The position numbers and the translations under genes were made by a program. The notes beneath the pieces were generated by a model. It did not search any database, was not told the origin of the DNA, and saw nothing but the letters and a program-made list of their open reading frames with translations. 44,986 nucleotides of DNA, taken from NCBI GenBank assembly GCA_050178385.1, contig JBFXGD010000009.1, positions 1 to 44,986 of the forward strand. The letters run 5' to 3'. Positions 29,613 through 40,125 of this stretch are shown here, piece by piece (position 1 is the stretch's first letter; the number at the start of each line of letters is the position of its first letter). Origin of the DNA: Calditrichaceae bacterium. GTDB lineage: Bacteria > Calditrichota > Calditrichia > Calditrichales > JBFXGD01.

Positions 29613-30155
29613 GTGAAGTTAGCAAAAATGTTGAGTGTTGTTATCTTAAGTTTGATTTTGGCTGCTCCGGCGATGGCACAGAAATTTGCCTTTGTACAGT
29701 CTCAAAGAATCCTTGCAGAGTATAAAGAATATACGGATGCGCAAAATAAGCTTGATGAAATTCGTAACCGATATGACGCCGAGTACCAGCAGATGGTTAA
29801 AGAATACAACACGATGATTCAGGAAATCGATTCTCAGAGTCTGTTGTTAAGCCCGGAGAAAAAGGAAGAAAAAATGCGCCAGGCTCAGGAAAAAGCATTG
29901 CAGATCGAACGTTACAAATACGAAAAATTAGGACCTGAAGGTGAATTCTATCGTAAAAATCTGGAACTTACGAAACCGATTATAGACAGAATAAATGATC
30001 TGATCGCCAAGGTTGGAGAAGAAGACGGGTACGATTTTATTTTTGACGCATCTTCCGGCGCATTGGTACATGCTCTGCCTAAATATGATATTACCGATAA
30101 AATTTTGTTGGAATTGAACAAAATTAAGAGTGCCGCAACTACAAACACCAAATAA
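29613..30155 (+). CDS. skp: OmpH/Skp periplasmic chaperone
   Basis: Signal peptide, KFAFVQSQRIL, coiled coil, GYDFIFD..YDITDKIL; lies between bamA and lpxD. Confidence 0.93.
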   Translation: MKLAKMLSVVILSLILAAPAMAQKFAFVQSQRILAEYKEYTDAQNKLDEIRNRYDAEYQQMVKEYNTMIQEIDSQSLLLSPEKKEEKMRQAQEKALQIERYKYEKLGPEGEFYRKNLELTKPIIDRINDLIAKVGEEDGYDFIFDASSGALVHALPKYDITDKILLELNKIKSAATTNTK

Positions 30156-30170
30156 AAACGGGTCCGCGAA

Positions 30171-31223
30171 ATGACATTAAATGAAATCGCAGAATATTTA
30201 GGTGGCGAGCTTTATGGACCGGAAGATCTTGAAATCAAAGGGCCTGCAAAGATTGAGAAAGCAGAAAACGGGCACATAACATTTATTGCCAACCCTAAAT
30301 ATAAGCAATATCTCTCGTCAACCAAGGCGAGCGCGGTAATCGTTGATGATAAAAATAAAGATATTGAAATGCCTCATATCGTGGTTAAGGATGCATATAT
30401 GGGGTTTCTCTTGCTGCTCAAATTGTATTCGCCTCCTCAGCATGAATATATAAAGGGAATATCAAGCGAAGCGTTCATTGATAAGACAGCAAAAATTTCA
30501 GCGTCTGCCCGTATCGCGTCAATGGCATATATTGGTCCAAATGTGAAAATCGGTGAAAATACCATCATTTATCCCGGCGTTGTCCTGCTTCGTGATGTGA
30601 CCGTCGGGAATGATTCGGTCATTTATCCCAATGTTAGTGTCCGGGAAGAATGCATAATTGGTGATAGAGTGATTCTTCATAACGGATGTGTCATAGGCAG
30701 CGACGGTTTTGGATTTGCGCCGGATGGTGAAAAATACAAAAAAATACCCCAGCTTGGACGGGTGATAGTGGAAGACGATGTGGAAATAGGGGCTAATTCA
30801 TCAATTGACAGAGCTACAATGGGAGAGACACTGATTCTGAAGGGATCAAAAATTGATAATCTGGTTCAGATTGCCCACAATGTAACGATTGGAGAAAATT
30901 CTATCGTTGCGGCGCAGGCGGGAATTTCCGGTAGTACAAATATTGGTACGCATGTTACGATAGCAGGACAGGTTGGAATTGTCGGGCATATCAAGATTGG
31001 TGATTATGCAATGATTGCCGCGAAAAGCGGAATTTCCAAGGATGTGCCCGCTAAGTCGGTTTATTTTGGAATCCCTGCATTACCAATTATGCAGCAAAAA
31101 CGTATTGATGTAAGTCTGAAACATCTTCCTGAAATGGTTAAAAAAATTCATCAGCTTGAAAATGAAATCATTCAGCTTAAGGAAGAAATAAGCAAGATGA
31201 ATAATCGGAGTTTGGATGATTAA
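30171..31223 (+). CDS. lpxD: UDP-3-O-(3-hydroxyacyl)glucosamine N-acyltransferase
   Basis: [43 protein letters not shown]; hexapeptide repeats. Confidence 0.97.
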   Translation: MTLNEIAEYLGGELYGPEDLEIKGPAKIEKAENGHITFIANPKYKQYLSSTKASAVIVDDKNKDIEMPHIVVKDAYMGFLLLLKLYSPPQHEYIKGISSEAFIDKTAKISASARIASMAYIGPNVKIGENTIIYPGVVLLRDVTVGNDSVIYPNVSVREECIIGDRVILHNGCVIGSDGFGFAPDGEKYKKIPQLGRVIVEDDVEIGANSSIDRATMGETLILKGSKIDNLVQIAHNVTIGENSIVAAQAGISGSTNIGTHVTIAGQVGIVGHIKIGDYAMIAAKSGISKDVPAKSVYFGIPALPIMQQKRIDVSLKHLPEMVKKIHQLENEIIQLKEEISKMNNRSLDD

Positions 31224-32625
31224 GAAACAAAGAACGATTAAAAAAGAAGTATCTTTTGAAGGCCGCGGTCTACATACAGGGAATCTGGCGAAAATAACTT
31301 TTAAACCGGCTCCGGAAAATTACGGCCGAAGATTCGTAAGAGTGGATATCGACAATTCACCGGAAATTCCGGCTGTGCTTGATTATGTTGTTCAAAATAC
31401 CAGTATTGACAGTCTCAGGGGGACAACCCTGGAAATGGACGGCGTACAGGTTCATACTGTTGAACACGTTCTCGCGGCTCTTGTGGGCTTGGAAATCGAC
31501 AATATCAGGATAGAGTTAAATGTAAATGAACCGCCGATCGGAGACGGATCTGCGATGCCCTTTGTCAACAAGCTGATGGAGGCGGAGATAGAAGAGCAGG
31601 ATTCTCCGAAAGAATATCTTATAATCGATGAGCCGATTTCCTACTCGGATGAACGCCGCGGAATTGAATTTGCCGCATTGCCAACGGATGATTACCGTGT
31701 TACGGTAATGATCGACTATAAAAATCCGGCTTTGGGAAGTCAGCATAGCGGATTGTTTTCACTCGAGAAGGAATTTGTCTCTGAATTTGCTCCCGCGCGC
31801 ACCTTTTGCTTTCTTCATGAAGTGGAGATGCTTGTAGAACAGGGGTTGATCAAAGGCGGTGATCTGGAATCAGCTGTTGTCATTGTTGATCGTCAGTTGG
31901 AGGGAGATGATATCAAACGCATAAAAAAAATGTTTGATATCAGCGAAAATGTGTCTCTTGGAAATAATGGCATCTTAAATAACAAAGAATTACGATTTAA
32001 AAATGAGCCCTGCCGTCATAAATTGATTGATTTGATGGGGGATTTGGCTCTGGTCGGTGTTAATATCAAGGCGCAGTTACTTGCGGCGAGACCCGGCCAT
32101 CAGAGCAATATTGAATTTGCCCGTATTTTGCGTAACTACTATAAGAAACAACAGTTGACCCGAAAATATCAGGATGTCAGTAAAAAAGGAGTTGTATTTG
32201 ACATTAATGCGATTAAAAAAATCCTGCCTCATCGATATCCTTTTTTACTTGTCGATTCGATTATTGAGTTTGAGCCTGAAAAAAGGGCGGTCGGCATAAA
32301 AAATGTGACAGCAAATGAACCGTTCTTTCAGGGGCATTTTCCGGAAAAACCCATCATGCCAGGTGTTTTGATCGTTGAGGCTATGGCCCAGGTCGGAGGC
32401 GTTTTACTGTTGAATGAACGTGAAGATGTCGAGAAAAAACTTGTATATTTTATGGGAATAGATAATGTTCGTTTCAGGAAACCTGTCCAGCCGGGTGATC
32501 AGCTGGTAATGGAGCTGGAAATGGTGAAAAATAGGAAAACGACATTTAAAATGATGGGCAAAACCTTTGTCAAGGGCGAACTGGTATGCGAAGCTGAGAT
32601 GATGGCGGCAGTGGTTGATCGTTGA
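31216..32625 (+). CDS. lpxC-fabZ: Bifunctional LpxC deacetylase / FabZ 3-hydroxyacyl-ACP dehydratase
   Basis: LpxC motifs [32 protein letters not shown]; FabZ motifs [32 protein letters not shown]. Confidence 0.97.
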   Translation: MIKKQRTIKKEVSFEGRGLHTGNLAKITFKPAPENYGRRFVRVDIDNSPEIPAVLDYVVQNTSIDSLRGTTLEMDGVQVHTVEHVLAALVGLEIDNIRIELNVNEPPIGDGSAMPFVNKLMEAEIEEQDSPKEYLIIDEPISYSDERRGIEFAALPTDDYRVTVMIDYKNPALGSQHSGLFSLEKEFVSEFAPARTFCFLHEVEMLVEQGLIKGGDLESAVVIVDRQLEGDDIKRIKKMFDISENVSLGNNGILNNKELRFKNEPCRHKLIDLMGDLALVGVNIKAQLLAARPGHQSNIEFARILRNYYKKQQLTRKYQDVSKKGVVFDINAIKKILPHRYPFLLVDSIIEFEPEKRAVGIKNVTANEPFFQGHFPEKPIMPGVLIVEAMAQVGGVLLLNEREDVEKKLVYFMGIDNVRFRKPVQPGDQLVMELEMVKNRKTTFKMMGKTFVKGELVCEAEMMAAVVDR

Positions 32626-32639
32626 GGAGAGAAAATTTA

Positions 32640-33413
32640 ATGATAGAAATTCACCCTACAGCAATTATTGATCCGGGAGCTGAACTCGGTGAGGAAATAG
32701 TCATAGGCCCATACAGTATTGTGGAAAAAGGCGTGACCATCGGAAACGGTACCACAATCGGATCTCATGTCCGCGTTGCGGAAGGAACGACTATTGGGCA
32801 AAACTGCAAAATAAGTCAGGGTGCGGTACTTGGAACCGAGCCGCAGGATCTGAAATTCGGAAGTGAAAAAACTTTTCTTGTTATTGGCAACAATACAACA
32901 ATTCGGGAATACGCGACACTGAATCGCGCAACAACCCACAGTTATTATACAAGAATCGGTGATAATTGTCTCATAATGTCATACGCGCATGTGGCGCATG
33001 ACTGTCAGGTTGGCAATAATGTCATACTTGCCAACTCCGTTAACCTTGCCGGTCATGTAATCATTGAAGATTGGGCGGCAATCGGCGGTCTGACGCCGGT
33101 TCATCAATTCGCTCATGTCGGCGCTCATAGTTTTACAGGTGGTGGATTGAGAATAGGTAAGGATGTTCCTCCATACATTAAAGCCATGGGTGAACCCCTG
33201 ACATACGGCGGTCTTAATTCCATCGGCCTGAAAAGACGTGGATTTTCGGATGAAGTACTTCTCGAACTTAAACGGGCCTATAAATTTCTGTATCGTGAGA
33301 ATTTAACAGTTAAGGAAGCCATAGAGAAGATTAACGATAATCTAAAACCTCTTCCTGAAATTAAACATCTCACCAAATTTTTAAGTGAATGTGAACGTGG
33401 AATTATTCGATAA
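32640..33413 (+). CDS. lpxA: UDP-N-acetylglucosamine O-acyltransferase
   Basis: IHPTAII, PQDLKF, IREYATLNRAT, HVAHDC, LAGHV, GLKRRGF. SD GAGGAG supports ATG 32640. Confidence 0.97.
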   Translation: MIEIHPTAIIDPGAELGEEIVIGPYSIVEKGVTIGNGTTIGSHVRVAEGTTIGQNCKISQGAVLGTEPQDLKFGSEKTFLVIGNNTTIREYATLNRATTHSYYTRIGDNCLIMSYAHVAHDCQVGNNVILANSVNLAGHVIIEDWAAIGGLTPVHQFAHVGAHSFTGGGLRIGKDVPPYIKAMGEPLTYGGLNSIGLKRRGFSDEVLLELKRAYKFLYRENLTVKEAIEKINDNLKPLPEIKHLTKFLSECERGIIR

Positions 33414-34215
33414 GGAAAGTCATAAATTCCGGTTCGACAGAATTAGAGTTATTCCATTTGAAAGCTGGTCAGGAGTCAGAAATATGGCTCTTGATCAGTT
33501 TTTTGCTTTAAATATGCATTCCGGTAGTTGCCCTATCCTGAGATTTTACGGTTGGAATCCATTTTGCCTTTCACTCGGATTTCACCAAAAATCGGATGAT
33601 GTTGATATTGATAAAATCAAGGACGGGGGATACCAGATTGTACGCCGGCCCACGGGTGGGAGCGCGATTTTTCATTCGGATGAACTAACTTACAGCTTGA
33701 TTGTCCCCGGGAATACTTTACGTCATCAGGATATTTATAATACATTTCATCTGTTACTGGCCAATGCATTTAATGAACTGGGGCTTCAGGTATCGCTCTC
33801 AAAAAACGACGATAATACCTCTTATCTAAACAAAGGGCAAAAATCCTTCGCCTGTTTCAACCGATCTGCATATTCCGAGATACAGCATAATGGCAAAAAA
33901 GTTGTTGGAAGCGCTCAGAAAATCTACCCGAATGCCATTTTACAGCATGGTTCTATTATGCTTGGTGCAAAACATGAAAAAATTGCTTCTTTTATGAAAA
34001 TTGATGATTCACAAAAATTAAAATATATTGAACTTTTGCGTAATAATTCTACAAGTTTGACGAAAATCACCGACAATAGAATAAAAGAGTCACAAATTGA
34101 AGATGCGCTCATAAGACAAATTGAATTACATGAAAAGTACCGGATGTTTTTCCAATATGTTTCGAATGATGAGATTGAAAAGTCAAAAGCATATGATAAA
34201 CTTTTCAAAATTTAA
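33385..34215 (+). CDS. Lipoate-protein ligase family protein, LipM (octanoyltransferase)-like
   Basis: NMALD, LRFYGW, VRRPTGGSAIFH, ACF, KKVVGSAQ, LQHGSI. Overlaps the lpxA end; several alternative GTG starts. Confidence 0.88.
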   Translation: MNVNVELFDKESHKFRFDRIRVIPFESWSGVRNMALDQFFALNMHSGSCPILRFYGWNPFCLSLGFHQKSDDVDIDKIKDGGYQIVRRPTGGSAIFHSDELTYSLIVPGNTLRHQDIYNTFHLLLANAFNELGLQVSLSKNDDNTSYLNKGQKSFACFNRSAYSEIQHNGKKVVGSAQKIYPNAILQHGSIMLGAKHEKIASFMKIDDSQKLKYIELLRNNSTSLTKITDNRIKESQIEDALIRQIELHEKYRMFFQYVSNDEIEKSKAYDKLFKI

Positions 34216-34250
34216 TGAGCAGAGCCAGATTACCCGGTAAAATGTCTTTG

Positions 34251-34279
34251 TTGCAATTTTTGCTAGTTTAAATTATATT
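34251..34279 (+). promoter_or_regulatory. Putative sigma70 promoter for the first beta-barrel gene
   Basis: TTGCAA-17 nt-TATATT. Confidence 0.5.
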
Positions 34280-34332
34280 GATTTTCATTCAGGCAGAATT
34301 TTTTATTGAACGCCAGAACAGGAGGAGAAGGT

Positions 34333-35175
34333 ATGAAACAGTTTTTGGTAATAGTAGCGGCAAATATCATTTTATTTTCAACAGCTTTTGCTCAGAGTGA
34401 TATGGATCTGACAAAATATTCCAGCTTAAAAGTAGTTGAGGATCAGGTACAGGATATCACCGATGCTGTGCATTCCGGGATGAATGTTCTTGATTGGACC
34501 GATGGCTCCGGCCCAACATTGTTTAGAGTAAGCGTTGATGTTTTCGCCGGATTCGGTAGTTTTGACGCTCTGCCTGAAATCGGCTTAAAGGACAGCGGCA
34601 TTGCGCCGGGCGCTTTGGGTGTTCAGGGCGGTTTTGGGACTATGGGTCTCGAGGCCTATGTGCGTTATTTTCCTGAATTGACTGTTTCAGATGTGGATGT
34701 AAGTTCTATCGGATTTGGTCTGAAATATGAACTTTCCAAAATAGTGCCGATTCCCATGTTACCGTCAACAAGTGTTTATGTGGATTATAACACTTTGAGT
34801 TTTGGTGTAAATGCCACACGTAAAGGAAGCGTTCCATATTCAGGGACAAACGGAACGACTGATGTAAATTACGAGGCGAAATCAGGCATCGATATGTCTT
34901 TTTCAACCATAAATATTGGTCTCATTGCCAGTTATGATTTAGTATTGGTCAGATTTTACGGCAAACTTGCTTATGAGATAGGTTCAACCGATATCGACTG
35001 GAATTATGTGACCGCTGTGAGTGAAACTGAATATGAACTTCGTAAAAATAGCGATGAATTTACAAATTCAGGACTCAGATATGGTGTAGGTTTGTCACTG
35101 TTCGGAATAAAAGCGGAAGCAGGCGGAAGAGGGAGTAACTTGTATTTTGGTGTCGGATACGGCATTTCAATATAG
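34333..35175 (+). CDS. Putative outer-membrane beta-barrel protein (DUF6588-like)
   Basis: SD GGAGGAG, signal peptide ending AFA-Q, alternating strands (EAYVRYFP..IGFGLKYEL), C-terminal strand YFGVGYGISI. Confidence 0.7.
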   Translation: MKQFLVIVAANIILFSTAFAQSDMDLTKYSSLKVVEDQVQDITDAVHSGMNVLDWTDGSGPTLFRVSVDVFAGFGSFDALPEIGLKDSGIAPGALGVQGGFGTMGLEAYVRYFPELTVSDVDVSSIGFGLKYELSKIVPIPMLPSTSVYVDYNTLSFGVNATRKGSVPYSGTNGTTDVNYEAKSGIDMSFSTINIGLIASYDLVLVRFYGKLAYEIGSTDIDWNYVTAVSETEYELRKNSDEFTNSGLRYGVGLSLFGIKAEAGGRGSNLYFGVGYGISI

Positions 35176-35183
35176 AAATAACT

Positions 35184-35214
35184 AATAGCCTCGCTCCGGC
35201 GGGGCTATTTTATT
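35184..35214 (+). terminator. Rho-independent terminator between the two beta-barrel genes
   Basis: AATAGCCTCGC-tccg-GCGGGGCTATTTT. Confidence 0.85.
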
Positions 35215-35302
35215 ATTCAGGAATAAAAAATATTCCCATTGCCTTAAATCCGTAAATTTACTCTTTATTACTCCAATTAATTAAGATTATTATTTGATCA
35301 AA

Positions 35303-36214
35303 ATGAGCAAAATAGTGCATCGTCCAAATATTTCAGGAAGAATTATATATTCGGTTTTTTTTACTTTTGTCGTCATTCTCATTGTTTTGTCAGGCTTTTT
35401 AGAGCGGGCTTATGCGGGAGATTTGAAAGGCGAATTAGAAAAAATTATCCTGGAATCAGAAAATGTTGAAGAAAATTTGAAGGGGTATCTTAACCCTTTT
35501 TCGGAGATCGCCGGGACCAGCATGTCAACGGGTATATTTCACAGAGCGGCCGCAAATTCATTTCCGCATATTAATTTGGGAATCAACGTAATAAACACCG
35601 ATGTCCCGTCGGGCAGCCGATATTTTACTGACAATAACGGAATAAAGCATTCGACCATATTTGGGGATGAGAAGATCAATAGTTCAGACAGTTTTAATGG
35701 TTTTGGAAAGAACCGGCTAAGTCTACCAATCGCCACATTCAGCATCGGGCTCTTTACTAATTTTGAATTTACTCTGCGTTATACAAAATGGGATATCTCT
35801 GAAATCGGCGATATAAGTCTGTTTGGCGGCGGTATCAAATATGAACTGATCGAGATGACACCCGGATCTTTAATTCCGGTTGAGATGAGTGTGATGGCTT
35901 CATACCACTTTTTTCACGTAGACGATTATCTCGAATCGGGTGCATTTGGAATGAATCTGATTGTATCGCGCGGGTTTCAGCCTCTGCCTCTTAATATTTA
36001 CGCGGGAATTGGATATGTAAATAGTTTGTTATTATTATATACAGATAAAATTGTTGAATCAGGGGCGGATTTTGGAGAAGTTTCTGTGGATGGCGTCGAT
36101 GGTTTGCGTTATCAGGTCGGTATGGGATTTAATGTCATGATGTTTAATATTCATGCTGATTATAATTTCGGTGAATATGATTCTTTTTCTGCAGGAATTC
36201 TCCTGGAATTATGA
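35303..36214 (+). CDS. Putative outer-membrane beta-barrel protein (DUF6588-like), paralog of the preceding gene
   Basis: Signal peptide ending AYA-G, YLNPFSEIAGTSMSTGIFHRA, EFTLRY..FGGGIKYEL, IHADYNFGEYDSFSAGI. The start is uncertain (TTG 35294 or ATG 35303). Confidence 0.7.
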   Translation: MSKIVHRPNISGRIIYSVFFTFVVILIVLSGFLERAYAGDLKGELEKIILESENVEENLKGYLNPFSEIAGTSMSTGIFHRAAANSFPHINLGINVINTDVPSGSRYFTDNNGIKHSTIFGDEKINSSDSFNGFGKNRLSLPIATFSIGLFTNFEFTLRYTKWDISEIGDISLFGGGIKYELIEMTPGSLIPVEMSVMASYHFFHVDDYLESGAFGMNLIVSRGFQPLPLNIYAGIGYVNSLLLLYTDKIVESGADFGEVSVDGVDGLRYQVGMGFNVMMFNIHADYNFGEYDSFSAGILLEL

Positions 36215-36347
36215 GGATAATGATCATATTTATAGATTAAAATATATATTATTTGTTCTACGTTTTTAAGTGCTTAATTGAAACCAATTTTCCGGAAAGA
36301 CGTTTATTAAAAATTGTTGAATAAACTGAAAGTTGAGAATATTTAAA

Positions 36348-37664
36348 ATGCTTAATATTATTGCAATCATTTTTGTTTTTAGTTTGCTGGTAATTATTCA
36401 TGAGCTGGGTCATTTTTTGGCGGCAAAATGGATGGGAGTGCGGGTTGAAAAATTCTCCATAGGATTTCCTCCAACCGTTTACAGGAAAAAGATCGGTGAA
36501 ACTGAATTTTGTATATCGGCTATTCCTCTCGGCGGTTACGTTAAAATGGCCGGATTTATTGATGAGAGTCTTGATTCTGAAATTACAGGCGCCGATGATG
36601 AATTTAATTCAAAGCCTGTATGGCGCAGGATCATAATTATTGTCGCCGGTGTGATAATGAATCTTATTTTAGCGATCGGGATTCTGACATTTCTTAATTA
36701 TGCTCAAGGCGAGCGGATCATTCCCATCACAACGGTGGGAATTGTAGGTGAAAATGGGGTGGCTGAAAAGATAGGCTTCAATAAAGATGATAAAATTATA
36801 AAAATTGAGAACACGCCTGTCACGACCTGGAATGACGTGCAATCTAATTTTGTGGATCATCTTAACCATGATTTTTCTTTCACAATAATTCGTGATGAAA
36901 AAGAGATGCAGCTTTGGTATAAAAAAGAGTGGTTTAAGGATCGGAAAGGGGAGCAGCTGGATATTGCCCCTCTGTTTACGGCAAAAGTCGGCGATGTCAG
37001 TTCATCAATGCCCGCAGGAGAACTAGGACTAAAAACCGGGGATCAGATTCTCGAAGTAAACGCTGAACCTGTCAAAGACTGGATGGAGATGACCGAGTCA
37101 ATTAGGGCTCACCCCGATGAACGGATTAAAATAAAATGGCAGAGGGGTTCAGAAGTTTTTGAAGGCGAGCTTACTCCGGATTCATATGAAGAAAAAAATG
37201 AGCAGGGTGAGACGGAGTATGTCGGTAAAATCGGAATCGGTTACTATTATGAACATAAGGATATAGGTTTAGCAAAAGCGGTAATAAATGGTTTTGAAAA
37301 CACCTATGATTTAATTGTCCTGAATATGAGGGGTTTCTGGTGGTGGATTTCCGGTACAAAATCCGCTTCGGAAATTCTTGGCGGACCGATCACCATTGCC
37401 AAAATGGCAGGGGACGCCGCGCAGGCAGGCTGGACACAGCTGTGGTATTTGATTGCCGCCCTGAGCGCCATTCTGGCTATTTTTAACATCCTTCCCATCC
37501 CGGCATTAGATGGAGGACATTTATTTTTTCTAATAATAGAAGGTATTATGGGACGACCCATACCGACAAAAGTGAAAATAAAAGTCCAGCAGATTGGTAT
37601 GGCGGTACTTCTGACATTTATCGTTTTTATACTTTATGTGGATCTAAAACGGTTGCTTTTTTAA
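36348..37664 (+). CDS. rseP: RIP metalloprotease RseP (M50) with two PDZ domains
   Basis: HELGH, FSIGF, IPLGGYVKMAG, GPITIA, NILPIPALDGGH. Confidence 0.96.
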   Translation: MLNIIAIIFVFSLLVIIHELGHFLAAKWMGVRVEKFSIGFPPTVYRKKIGETEFCISAIPLGGYVKMAGFIDESLDSEITGADDEFNSKPVWRRIIIIVAGVIMNLILAIGILTFLNYAQGERIIPITTVGIVGENGVAEKIGFNKDDKIIKIENTPVTTWNDVQSNFVDHLNHDFSFTIIRDEKEMQLWYKKEWFKDRKGEQLDIAPLFTAKVGDVSSSMPAGELGLKTGDQILEVNAEPVKDWMEMTESIRAHPDERIKIKWQRGSEVFEGELTPDSYEEKNEQGETEYVGKIGIGYYYEHKDIGLAKAVINGFENTYDLIVLNMRGFWWWISGTKSASEILGGPITIAKMAGDAAQAGWTQLWYLIAALSAILAIFNILPIPALDGGHLFFLIIEGIMGRPIPTKVKIKVQQIGMAVLLTFIVFILYVDLKRLLF

Positions 37665-37705
37665 TCAAATTTTATTTTTGCAATATTTAGGAAATAGTTT
37701 AACTT

Positions 37706-37743
37706 AAAACACCATTGGAAACGTTCTGATGGTGTTTTTTTTT
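37706..37743 (+). terminator. Rho-independent terminator after rseP
   Basis: AAAACACCATTGGAA-acg-TTCTGATGGTGTTTTTTTTT. Confidence 0.82.
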
Positions 37744-37771
37744 GAGAGAATGACTAAATATAAGACCGAAG

Positions 37772-39994
37772 ATGAAAACACATACCCTTACGAATCAGAT
37801 TGAAGCCTTTATCGCGGATGGTATTGCATTTAAGTATGACACGCAGATCACAGATGTTTTATTTTTATTGGATAAGGGACCATTAAAAGAATCCTCCTAT
37901 TCTGTTAAAAATAATAATATAACTTTAAGCGGAATTTATCCTGGAATGAGCCGTGAAAGATTCCGGTTACCTCAGACCAAAATATATTACACTTTAATAC
38001 AGAATGAGAAACTTAAAATTCAGATTATCGAATTTCAGAATGACAGTATATTCATCATCTCGGCTTTTTCTGAAAAAGCGCGAATACAATTAAAAGTCAA
38101 GCAAAACAATAATTGTCAGGTATTTTGTTCACTGAATCCGGAAATACCATCACCAGCCTTGCTCGATCTAGCTATTGAGGAAACTGAGATAATCTGGGTC
38201 ACAGATAACGATAATATTTTGTCCATGAATGAATTAACGCGCTGTCTTAAGAAACACTATCAGGATGAGATTGCCGGTCATCCGGTTCATTATATCTCAT
38301 CATTAAACAAGAACCTGTTAATGAATATGGATAGATGTTGGGTAAATCTGGATTGCATTAATATGGGCAGAGAAATTGACTCAAAAATTTCAGCTCAAAA
38401 ATTTATTTGGCTTCAGGAAGTGTATCTTTACTTTGGCTGGTATGATGAACTATTAACATTCTACAAGTCCGAACAAAAACTAGCGGCCGGTTTAGATGAT
38501 TCTGCCGTTTCTTTGCGTGAGATGGCCCGTAATAGATTTATTTTAAGTCATCAGGGTCAGAAAAATGCTCAAAATGATAAAGAGAAAAGTTTTTTAAACT
38601 CTTACCTGAATGGAGAGCTGATTGACGACGCTGAATTAAACGCTGAGCTTCATTTATTTTGGGAGAGAATAAATAAACCGGCCATGAAATCGTATTTTAA
38701 GCGGTCTTTTATGATAAATCCCCATGAAATTATTGCTTTTGCGATGCTGGCGGCTGACCGTAACTTTTGGTGGACAGATACGATAAGAAAGAAAATTTTG
38801 CATCTAATTACCGAATCAGCCATAAATTCAATTACCCCAATAATTGAATTGCTCTTTTATTTGAAATCAGATCATCTCAACATCGCGATTAATGCAAACG
38901 GGCGGCATTTCACAGGAACAGCCCAGAACTTTGGCAAGTCTGAGGTCAAGATGGTTGATCCTGCAATCTGCTTTAAAAATCAGCTAGAAAATTCGTTGAT
39001 ACATACAAGCGCGAAGCTCAGGGATGTGTTTTTATTCCGGATGGATAAAAATGTACGGATCCATTATCAAGCAGAAAAAAAGCTGCTCAAAATATATCCT
39101 GTCGTTTTTCATCATCCTGTTTCTGAAAATTCACTGAATTACATCCAAATTGAATCATCAAACATTCGATTCGATATACCGTTGATCTGGAGAAATTTTA
39201 CTGCTGATTTGAATGGAAACAGGTTCAAATTTCTATTGAAAAAAGACCGTTATCAAGTAAGTATAAAGAGAAAACCGTCTGAAAGTTTGCTTAGCCTGAA
39301 TAGTGAAAAGATTTTATTTGAAGACAGCCTTTATACAAAAATTTATCTGAATATCAAAAAGCAATCAAGCCACTCATACTTCAGTATTTATGATCAAACC
39401 GGCACAAAAATTGTGGGTTTTGGTCCGCATATAAAACAGATTATACCTCGCGGTCACGGATATAACGCAATGGGAACGTTGATCGAAGAATTTCAAATTA
39501 GTTGCGGCCGGTCTGCAAAGGGCAGCAAGATAATCACTAATTCGATAAACCCGCTGGCAATAGATATATTATCTTTGGAACTGCAGTTAATTTTTCGGGC
39601 AAAAAAATTCCTGCCATTTTCAATGAGTTTTTCAGAAATGGATGGCACTTTTTGGAGATTATTACAAACCGAAAGTGATTTGCTAAATATCAGATTAATC
39701 TTTTATCTTGAGGATTATACAAATAAAAAACGCCAGTATTTACGTGAATTATGTACACAATATTTGGGATTTTATCCATCAATAAAGCAGATAAATGAGT
39801 TAAGTTTTCTCAAAGATCAATTCGCGGTAATAGTAGGGAGCTCTTTAATCTATGAGAATGAAATTAAATATAACGGATTTACATCCATCAAATCAAAAGA
39901 TTCAGGGAATAGGCGGGTAATTTATGTTGATGAAAAAAGGTTGAAATATTTTTTTGAAAACTTTCCTGTATTGGGCCCGGAACAGATAAAATAA
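37772..39994 (+). CDS. Hypothetical protein, 740 aa, no recognised family
   Basis: Long uninterrupted ORF filling the gap between rseP and the tRNA, with no competing long ORF. No signal peptide or catalytic motif recognised. Confidence 0.8.
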   Translation: MKTHTLTNQIEAFIADGIAFKYDTQITDVLFLLDKGPLKESSYSVKNNNITLSGIYPGMSRERFRLPQTKIYYTLIQNEKLKIQIIEFQNDSIFIISAFSEKARIQLKVKQNNNCQVFCSLNPEIPSPALLDLAIEETEIIWVTDNDNILSMNELTRCLKKHYQDEIAGHPVHYISSLNKNLLMNMDRCWVNLDCINMGREIDSKISAQKFIWLQEVYLYFGWYDELLTFYKSEQKLAAGLDDSAVSLREMARNRFILSHQGQKNAQNDKEKSFLNSYLNGELIDDAELNAELHLFWERINKPAMKSYFKRSFMINPHEIIAFAMLAADRNFWWTDTIRKKILHLITESAINSITPIIELLFYLKSDHLNIAINANGRHFTGTAQNFGKSEVKMVDPAICFKNQLENSLIHTSAKLRDVFLFRMDKNVRIHYQAEKKLLKIYPVVFHHPVSENSLNYIQIESSNIRFDIPLIWRNFTADLNGNRFKFLLKKDRYQVSIKRKPSESLLSLNSEKILFEDSLYTKIYLNIKKQSSHSYFSIYDQTGTKIVGFGPHIKQIIPRGHGYNAMGTLIEEFQISCGRSAKGSKIITNSINPLAIDILSLELQLIFRAKKFLPFSMSFSEMDGTFWRLLQTESDLLNIRLIFYLEDYTNKKRQYLRELCTQYLGFYPSIKQINELSFLKDQFAVIVGSSLIYENEIKYNGFTSIKSKDSGNRRVIYVDEKRLKYFFENFPVLGPEQIK

Positions 39995-39996
39995 AT

Positions 39997-40025
39997 TTGA
40001 TTTTATTTTCCAAATTTGATACATT
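39997..40025 (+). promoter_or_regulatory. Putative sigma70 promoter of the tRNA gene
   Basis: TTGATT-17 nt-TACATT, ending 26 nt before the tRNA 5' end. Confidence 0.6.
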
Positions 40026-40051
40026 ACGACACTCTAATGATGAATCATTAA

Positions 40052-40125
40052 GGGCCCATAGCTCAGTTGGTTAGAGCAGCCGACTCATAATCGGCTGGTC
40101 CGGGGTTCGAGTCCCTGTGGGCCCA
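40052..40125 (+). tRNA. tRNA with CAT anticodon, most likely tRNA-Ile2 (lysidine); CCA not encoded
   Basis: Acceptor stem GGGCCCA/TGGGCCC + A, D-arm AGCTCAGTTGGTTAGAGC, anticodon arm GCCGA-CTCATAA-TCGGC, T-arm GTTCGAGTC. The overall pattern resembles ileX-type tRNAs, not initiator or elongator Met. Confidence 0.95.

Noticed and set aside
31216..32625. LpxC-FabZ fusion as a novelty
   Set aside because: It is well known in Bacteroidota and related phyla, so it is useful only as a taxonomic clue.
39965..39978. CCTGTATTGGGCCC resembling the tRNA 3' end (possible att site)
   Set aside because: Only about 7 contiguous bases match, it lies upstream of the tRNA inside a CDS, and there is no integrase.
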